The notes under the pieces are model-generated. The model ran no database searches. It saw nothing but the letters and a program-made list of their open reading frames with translations, and had not been told where the DNA came from. A stretch of DNA of 64,000 nt from a virus: the IMG/VR virus record IMGVR_UViG_3300028029_000124; one strand, given 5' to 3'. Of this stretch, positions 58,072 to 64,000 are shown in pieces. Made by a program: the position numbers and the translations under genes. Numbering within the stretch: the stretch's first letter is position 1; every line of letters begins with the position of its first letter.

Positions 58072-58556
58072 TACAGGATTTCGATCCTGTATGGGAATTT
58101 CGTGTCGTCTTCGATGCGTATGATGACGCTATGGCGATGCAGGTACTCGGAGGCCTGTGCGAAGGAGTAATTAGGGCAAACATGATATGGATTTCCGAAG
58201 CAGGAGATAGAGCACCATGTTGTTTGTCCGAAGCAGGGGTCAGATATGTGTCTCCTATAGGGTGCGGTTCTCCTCACCCTTGCCAAACTGTCCGAGGGGC
58301 AGCAGAAATACTAGAAAAAGGGGTAGCTACCTGTATAGACATAGCACCGTACATGGCAGCACAACTACGCCTACGTGGCCAAGGGGCTACAGTAGTGTTC
58401 GTGAACATGCGGGACCATGCAGGAAATAAGATATCCGGCATGTACCACGCACTGGTACAATTGTCTAAAGGTAAGACAATAGACTATACTCAAGACCTAA
58501 TCGACGGCAACACCGCCAGGTGCGCTGAGATCTGCTCAAAGCGGATAAAGAAATAG
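58068..58556 (+). CDS. Transglutaminase-like (Cys-His-Asp) protein
   Basis: ATCIDIAPYMAAQLRLRG (Cys), YHALV (His), IDYT (Asp) in transglutaminase-like spacing. Confidence 0.65.
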   Translation: MIQDFDPVWEFRVVFDAYDDAMAMQVLGGLCEGVIRANMIWISEAGDRAPCCLSEAGVRYVSPIGCGSPHPCQTVRGAAEILEKGVATCIDIAPYMAAQLRLRGQGATVVFVNMRDHAGNKISGMYHALVQLSKGKTIDYTQDLIDGNTARCAEICSKRIKK

Positions 58557-58565
58557 ATACCCACC

Positions 58566-59693
58566 ATGCCTACCTTCACTTCTGCCGCTGTCGGAATCAC
58601 TGCTCTCCTTCTCCTTCTAGGAGGATCTAAGAAGAAAAAGAACGGGGGTAAAGGTACAACTCCCGCAGGATGTCCTCCGTTCGAGTATTCGGAAGAGCAG
58701 GTAGACGCAGCTATAGCGTCGGCTATAGTAGCAGGTAAACAATCAAAAGAGTCTATTGCTAGCTCGGTAGGCGCAAACATGTGGCCCACCTACCCTAACG
58801 GTAAGAGCAGACTAGCATGGCCACCTAGCTCGACCGCTCCGGACGAGGTTGTCTGTCTATGGGAGTTACTCTTGCGGCAGATTGAAGACTACCTGCAAGA
58901 AAACAATATTCCCCCTTTCCCTGACTGCCCAGCAGGTACCTCAATAAACCAGTCCGCGGGTGTATGCGAACCTACCACCGCTAGCACCTTCGATCCCACA
59001 GGTTACGAGACGCCACTAAACTCTAACTACCCCACGCACGGTACGTTACTGCAGGTCAGACACGGTGACCGCCTGTTAGGGACATTTTCCGAGATCAACG
59101 TCGGCCAAGACATCCAAGGGGAGGCGCTTAGATCTATTGCGTACACCACACTACTAGGTGCTGCCTGGGATACAGCTAAATCCAATGGTGCATCTGACGC
59201 AGACGCTAAGAAATTCGCACAAGATGTCGCCTACGACAACAGCAACAGGGTTGACTACATACACCTAATCCAGTGCTCTCCCTGGAATGATGCGCTATAC
59301 ACCACCTACGGGTTCGGGCCGCAGGCCATGGAAAGCCCCGCAGGCCGAGCGCTTAGGTTCCTTCCACAGCACCACGATAACCGCAAGAGGATGATGCAAG
59401 GCTATGCCCCCCGGCGAAACATCACGCTGGGAGACATCACAGATAAGGGAGCAGGAAACGCTCAAGCGCAAAGCGGGGACCGTAACTTGGCGTACTTGTG
59501 GCTGCCTAAGCTAAACGAGGACACGCTATGGGATAGTGGCGGCAAGGACATCACGACGAATGGTGTGAATTGGGCAGACGGAAGCAGCGCAATCATGCCT
59601 CCCCCAGAAGTAGTAGAGCTAGGCGTAGAAAACGTCCCGGAGGGAGCAGGGTGGGGATGTCTGGGATACGAAGCTAGTTCAGTGGGTGAGTAG
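58566..59693 (+). CDS. N-terminally membrane-anchored protein
   Basis: MPTFTSAAVGITALLLLLGGS then KKKK. Confidence 0.75.
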   Translation: MPTFTSAAVGITALLLLLGGSKKKKNGGKGTTPAGCPPFEYSEEQVDAAIASAIVAGKQSKESIASSVGANMWPTYPNGKSRLAWPPSSTAPDEVVCLWELLLRQIEDYLQENNIPPFPDCPAGTSINQSAGVCEPTTASTFDPTGYETPLNSNYPTHGTLLQVRHGDRLLGTFSEINVGQDIQGEALRSIAYTTLLGAAWDTAKSNGASDADAKKFAQDVAYDNSNRVDYIHLIQCSPWNDALYTTYGFGPQAMESPAGRALRFLPQHHDNRKRMMQGYAPRRNITLGDITDKGAGNAQAQSGDRNLAYLWLPKLNEDTLWDSGGKDITTNGVNWADGSSAIMPPPEVVELGVENVPEGAGWGCLGYEASSVGE

Positions 59694-59698
59694 GTAAT

Positions 59699-60175
59699 AT
59701 GTCCACCAAACTAACTTTATCAGCAAGCATGGCGGCAGTAGGCGGAGCACTATTGTTGCTCGCATACATAGGCAAACAGGGCAAACAGGGCAAACAGGGC
59801 AAGAGAACAAAAACTAACAAAACCCACGCCGTTCCCGAAGATAGTGCTCGGCCAGTGGGCGAGCGCATGCTATTAGATACAGCATGCGGCACACTGCTGG
59901 AGCGGGTAGACAGCGCCAGATACGATGTCCGGATAACGGAAATATACTGGAAAATGCGAGCTATGGGAGAAGAAGACCCAGAAGATATCGCGGCTGGGAT
60001 CTTGCGGGAAGATTCCCCCCACTGCTCGTGGCCCCCAGAAGAGGGTAGCACAATGCGAGCAAGGAGCCTGTGGGAGTCCGTGTACCGGGCAGTATCCAAT
60101 TACCGAGAGTTAGAGCTTACGGGGAAACTCGAAGAGTTTCCTGCGATATTTGGTACTGGAGAAATAATAGAGTAA
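59699..60175 (+). CDS. N-terminally membrane-anchored protein
   Basis: Hydrophobic leader then (GKQ)x3; SWPP...LWE motif shared with 58566..59693. Confidence 0.75.
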   Translation: MSTKLTLSASMAAVGGALLLLAYIGKQGKQGKQGKRTKTNKTHAVPEDSARPVGERMLLDTACGTLLERVDSARYDVRITEIYWKMRAMGEEDPEDIAAGILREDSPHCSWPPEEGSTMRARSLWESVYRAVSNYRELELTGKLEEFPAIFGTGEIIE

Positions 60176-60178
60176 CAT

Positions 60179-60760
60179 GTGGGCATGTTGCTACAAGTAA
60201 AGGCCGCAAGAAACAACGCAACCTCTCGCGGCTTTGTCGTGATAGACCCTTCAGCGGAGATACATTCCTGCGGGGACGGTAACTCGCTATGGGACACACT
60301 AGACCTTCTAGAAGGTAGGTACGGCAGCGGCAGCGGAGAAAACCAACACACAGAGTACTTCCCAGGCGCTACCTTGCTGCAGGTTGACGGAGACGAAAAT
60401 TCGTTGACGGTGACTGACGGAGCAGGGAATAATTTCATTTGTTCTACCTCAGCAGATTTGTGGGAAGCCGTAACTTCCCTCACAAAGGAAGTTCGTGGTG
60501 GCGAGTTGGTTGTGCGCCAACATGCAGCTCCAGCACAAAACAGGAGGTGCGGAGAGCAAACGATATTCGCTACAGAAGAATGTAGTGAAGACGATAGTTA
60601 CTCCCCCGTGCGCGACATGTTGAATGTTTTTGTTGGGGGAGACTCAGCAGCAATAGGGGAGAGCATAATAAGGAAACTCCGCTCAGTAGGGCACAGGGGG
60701 GCAGCACCCAAACCAGGCTCGCGCAAAATTAGAAAAGTGCGCAGAGGAGATATATACTAA
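60179..60760 (+). CDS. Hypothetical protein
   Basis: Tightly packed in the operon; basic C-terminus. Confidence 0.65.
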   Translation: MGMLLQVKAARNNATSRGFVVIDPSAEIHSCGDGNSLWDTLDLLEGRYGSGSGENQHTEYFPGATLLQVDGDENSLTVTDGAGNNFICSTSADLWEAVTSLTKEVRGGELVVRQHAAPAQNRRCGEQTIFATEECSEDDSYSPVRDMLNVFVGGDSAAIGESIIRKLRSVGHRGAAPKPGSRKIRKVRRGDIY

Positions 60761-61527
60761 TGTCTATAAATAGCCTATTACTTATGGGTGCCGTAGCCGC
60801 TGCGGCATACTCAGCCTCAGGAAAACAAACAAGGACAATAGGCAAACAGTCGCACTATACCAACAGGGGAGAGCAAAACGTAAACCTCGCGGGGGTGAGC
60901 GAACTACATAAGCTCATGGAATTGGCAAACCTGTCTAACCCATGGAAAATTTTCTTGGAGACGGTTGTATATAACGAGAGCAAATTCAACAATTTAGTTG
61001 GGCTAGGTGACATTGACATGTTCCCCCCGTGGGCACAACCTAACGCGAAAGCAACAAAGGCCAGTAGGATGCGGGAGGCCCAGGCAGCAAAGGCAGTGTA
61101 CATTCGACAAGAGTACTTGGCGAACTGCGATCACCCAGAATGGAAGTATTCTTTTGGTTCTGGTGGGTGGTTCGGTATGCTCCCCGCCAGTGGAGTATAC
61201 GCTTTCAAAAATACGGAGTACAGATGTATGGATCCATGGGAGGTTTTTTCTCCTGCGGCGTCACTGGTCATGGCCATAGAGTTCGCTCGTAGGCTAATGC
61301 GACGCAAAGGATTCACGGAATACCCTACTTGGGCAAACCTTCGCGTAGGTTGGGGCAGACCGTCCAGTATGGGGGATGAGGCAGCCCTGGAGAGGATATA
61401 TCCGAAATTTGGACAAAAACTGAGGGCGCTAGCACATCAAGAAAATTTCATGTATGGGGAAGTAGGCAAGCTACCTGAGTATTCACCAGTAGCGCTACTA
61501 GACAAACTAGAAATGGGTAGGCAATAA
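60760..61527 (+). CDS. Lysozyme-fold/lytic transglycosylase-like protein with N-terminal anchor
   Basis: Helix-ending NESKFN (candidate catalytic Glu), GWFGM, F.P..SL..A; SLT-like spacing. Confidence 0.5.
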   Translation: MSINSLLLMGAVAAAAYSASGKQTRTIGKQSHYTNRGEQNVNLAGVSELHKLMELANLSNPWKIFLETVVYNESKFNNLVGLGDIDMFPPWAQPNAKATKASRMREAQAAKAVYIRQEYLANCDHPEWKYSFGSGGWFGMLPASGVYAFKNTEYRCMDPWEVFSPAASLVMAIEFARRLMRRKGFTEYPTWANLRVGWGRPSSMGDEAALERIYPKFGQKLRALAHQENFMYGEVGKLPEYSPVALLDKLEMGRQ

Positions 61528-62106
61528 ATGACAAGAAAATTCCATAACGTGGGTAAAGGTTCTGATAGCGGAGCTTTCTCTGGGGCTGCAGGTCAGACGA
61601 ATACAACAGGGAGAGTGTCCGCAAACCCTGGTGATACTGTAAACGTAGTATGTGCCCCAAGAAACAAAAAAACAAGTTTCCCGTGGAGGACAATATTCCT
61701 TACTGCCGGAGTCGCTACGATAGGTACAGTGGTAGCCACTAAACTAATCAAGAGCTTCTCAGATAGTGGCGATGCTACCGATAAAGCGCAACTCAACCCT
61801 AAGGCTAAGTCTACCCAAATGTCTTTGAGGGAAGCCAGCATAGCCGCACTATTCGCGTCACCTAACAACTCAGGAGCAGCCATACCTAACCCGCTTACTC
61901 CTGTACCTTTGCCTGCACCTGCATTGCCTGCCGGGCCTAGTCATAGAGAGCTAGAGTTAGTTGAGCGCGAAGCCGTACTGCGAGAGAGGCTCGCCGAAAT
62001 GGAAGGATTTATGTCTGCACAGCGGCAGGAGGCGGAACGTAAAGAGATAGAGGAAGCCAAACCTAAAGTAGATTCTTTGGCTGCTTTGCTTGCTGCGGAC
62101 GACTAA
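61528..62106 (+). CDS. Membrane protein with C-terminal coiled coil
   Basis: WRTIFLTAGVATIGTVVATKLIK transmembrane-like segment; Pro linker; charged helix. Confidence 0.7.
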   Translation: MTRKFHNVGKGSDSGAFSGAAGQTNTTGRVSANPGDTVNVVCAPRNKKTSFPWRTIFLTAGVATIGTVVATKLIKSFSDSGDATDKAQLNPKAKSTQMSLREASIAALFASPNNSGAAIPNPLTPVPLPAPALPAGPSHRELELVEREAVLRERLAEMEGFMSAQRQEAERKEIEEAKPKVDSLAALLAADD

Positions 62107-62172
62107 CCATACAGCAGGTAGCAAATAACATAAGAATGTGCGAAACTGTGGGAGCCACTAATTTGGGGACCC

Positions 62173-63153
62173 ATGGATACAAAAACAAAACTAATAATTC
62201 GGCAAAGATCACGTAAATTCGTGCGTTCATCTAGAGTTCGCGTGGCAAAGAGCCAACCTTTTGCCGGAGGGGTATTCCCTGGTCACGTAGGTGACTGCTC
62301 CCCTTGTCAGCAGTATGCTCAGGACACGTGCTCTCCGTGCGACGAACCGCACGTGCAAGATCCTTGTCCCGAACCCCCACCTGTGCGCACGCCCACTAAG
62401 CCTAGACAGCCCCCTACACGCACGCCCACTAAGCCTCGACAGCCTCCCGCCCCTCGACCGCGACCTCCCGCCCCTCGACCGCGACCTCCTGCTCCTCGAC
62501 CTCCTGCTCCTCGACCTCCTGCTCCTCGACCTCCTGCTCCTCGACCTCCTGCTCCTCCTGCTCCTCGACCGCGACCTCCTGCTCCACCCACTAAGCCTAA
62601 GCACCCACCTACTAAGCCTAAGCACCCACCTACTAAGCCTAAGCACCCACCTACTAAGCCTAAGCACCCCCGTCCTCCCGTACCCCCCACAGCCGGGCCA
62701 CGAGGACCGTTAGTATATAACACTGTCCCATATACACCGCCGTCGTGCCTAGATGTTTGTGAGCATAGGTACAAGGCCGGGCAGATGTCCAAAGAAGCAT
62801 ACGCAGCATGCGTGCTAGATTGCTGTGTCGCAGAATGTGTCGCAGCAGGGGGTAACGCGGACTTGTGTCGGCGTAATTGTTCCCCTAAACCTGCAGGATT
62901 ACCTAAAAACTCCGTGTCGTGTTCCCAACATTGTCGTGGGAAGCACGGGACAAACACTAAAGCTTACTTCCGCTGTATGGCCGAAATTTGTGAGGGCGGC
63001 CTGGATACGCAACGGCCCAGCGGCGCCCACGTAGAGCCGCTCGTCACGAATAGCTCACCCACACATTCTGTGGGAGGTTCGGTAGGCGGCAGTGCTGCAG
63101 CAGTGCTGCACGGAGGGTTCAAGGCAACACTAAATTCGATGGGAAAGAAGTAA
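62173..63153 (+). CDS. Pro-rich, Cys-rich low-complexity protein
   Basis: PPAPR (15-bp) and PTKPKHP (21-bp x4) repeats flanked by CxxxC-type Cys clusters. Confidence 0.65.
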   Translation: MDTKTKLIIRQRSRKFVRSSRVRVAKSQPFAGGVFPGHVGDCSPCQQYAQDTCSPCDEPHVQDPCPEPPPVRTPTKPRQPPTRTPTKPRQPPAPRPRPPAPRPRPPAPRPPAPRPPAPRPPAPRPPAPPAPRPRPPAPPTKPKHPPTKPKHPPTKPKHPPTKPKHPRPPVPPTAGPRGPLVYNTVPYTPPSCLDVCEHRYKAGQMSKEAYAACVLDCCVAECVAAGGNADLCRRNCSPKPAGLPKNSVSCSQHCRGKHGTNTKAYFRCMAEICEGGLDTQRPSGAHVEPLVTNSSPTHSVGGSVGGSAAAVLHGGFKATLNSMGKK

Positions 63154-63156
63154 GAC

Positions 63157-63444
63157 ATGGCATACAGAAGCACACTACAAAGCGTCCGCACAGCAGCCAA
63201 CCTAGGGCGCTCCCCGGGGTTTGCGGGCAGTCAGATATATGGAATGGTTTTGCCTAGGATCCCCCAGATCGAACAGCACAACCACGCACACAATCGAAGT
63301 CAGGTGTTCGGTCTAGTGCTTCCTGCGAAGCAAGGATACTCAGGCAAACGGAAGGCGGACGACATCCGCCTAGGAAAATCCTTGACCAAAAAGCCATGTT
63401 GCGAGTCTTGTTCGCATGGCGGGACGTGCGAAAGCGAAGCCTAG
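63157..63444 (+). CDS. Small protein with C-terminal Cys cluster
   Basis: Operon spacing; ends KPCCESCSHGGTCESEA. Confidence 0.6.
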   Translation: MAYRSTLQSVRTAANLGRSPGFAGSQIYGMVLPRIPQIEQHNHAHNRSQVFGLVLPAKQGYSGKRKADDIRLGKSLTKKPCCESCSHGGTCESEA

Positions 63445-63448
63445 GGAC

Positions 63449-63730
63449 ATGTCAGGAAAATACCCCTCCCCCTGCAACGCGGCAGGAAAAGATGTGTGGC
63501 CATCCGTAACAAGGGCCTGGGACGGGCGGGAACGCTCGTGCTCCGTACAAAATCTCAGAACTACTGCTTTTGCTGGGGGGGCAGTAGTTAGGTCGCTAGA
63601 CACCACTAGGGCAGTGTCTGACATTCTAGCTTCTAGGAGAGCTAGAAAGAATCGTCCGGGAGGGGCACGCGCGTTCCACATAGGTTTTTCTGGCGGAGCA
63701 AAAATAATATACCGAGAACGCGTTCGGTAG
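63449..63730 (+). CDS. Small basic hypothetical protein
   Basis: AGGGAC-ATG start (MSGKYP) in frame with track ORF 63416..63730. Confidence 0.55.
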   Translation: MSGKYPSPCNAAGKDVWPSVTRAWDGRERSCSVQNLRTTAFAGGAVVRSLDTTRAVSDILASRRARKNRPGGARAFHIGFSGGAKIIYRERVR

Positions 63731-63746
63731 TGTAGGATGTAGAGCT

Positions 63747-64000
63747 ATGTCAGGCAAACCCGAGTACCTAGGAGACCCTGGATCTGTAGTCCTTCTGGGG
63801 TCTGTGGTCAGTTTGGGAGCATTAGAGCCTAGCGGCAGAGAGGTTGCCCACACGTGGAGTCTTCGTGGTGCCCCAGGGTTGCTGTGGAGCCCAAAGAAGA
63901 AAACGCTGCTCATCTTCCCTAAGATGTCGTTCTCTTGCTGGGTAGACATCAGGAATTCCTCCGGACCTGCCTCCGGACCTGCCCTAAGGAAGCACAGGCT
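63747..64000 (+). CDS. Partial CDS running off the window
   Basis: ATG at 63747 (MSGKPEYLGDPG...), no stop before 64000. Confidence 0.6.
   Translation, partial: MSGKPEYLGDPGSVVLLGSVVSLGALEPSGREVAHTWSLRGAPGLLWSPKKKTLLIFPKMSFSCWVDIRNSSGPASGPALRKHR

Noticed and set aside
1-64000. TAG reassignment (alternative genetic code)
   Set aside because: TAG falls at homologous C-termini of paralogs (TEISK*, EIGE*, EIRN*) and conserved enzymes are uninterrupted under the standard code.

Overview
This window looks like part of a prokaryotic dsDNA virus genome rather than ordinary bacterial chromosome. Left to right it contains: (1) a tandem array of hexapeptide-repeat (left-handed beta-helix-like, LbH) genes running off the left edge, headed by a tyrosine recombinase (1-8.7 kb); (2) small accessory genes (8.8-12.3 kb); (3) a minus-strand structural block with a LamG protein, Gly-rich fibre/spike paralogs sharing a near-identical 1.4-kb duplication, membrane-anchored proteins and candidate cell-wall hydrolases, interrupted by a plus-strand RusA island (12.3-31.6 kb); (4) a replication block with family A DNA polymerase, SF2 helicase, PD-(D/E)XK nuclease, AEP primase-SF3 helicase and tRNA-Ile(UAU) (32-42.8 kb); (5) a repeat- and palindrome-rich origin-like interval (42.9-44.5 kb); (6) an adenine methyltransferase and a second LbH array whose units share a ~120-bp junction element and sometimes carry unrelated cargo genes (45.7-54 kb); (7) a plus-strand block of beta-rich and membrane-anchored proteins with a transglutaminase-like protein (55-64 kb). 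I recognise no terminase, portal, HK97 capsid or tail tube/sheath gene in the window. Most notable: 15 LbH paralogs built as repeated expression cassettes that appear to capture foreign sequence, repeated gene-specific fold-back inversions at the cassette junction, an excess of long perfect inverted repeats (up to 41 bp per arm), and a possible large tailless membrane-containing virus. All protein calls rest on motif recognition by eye; no database search was run.
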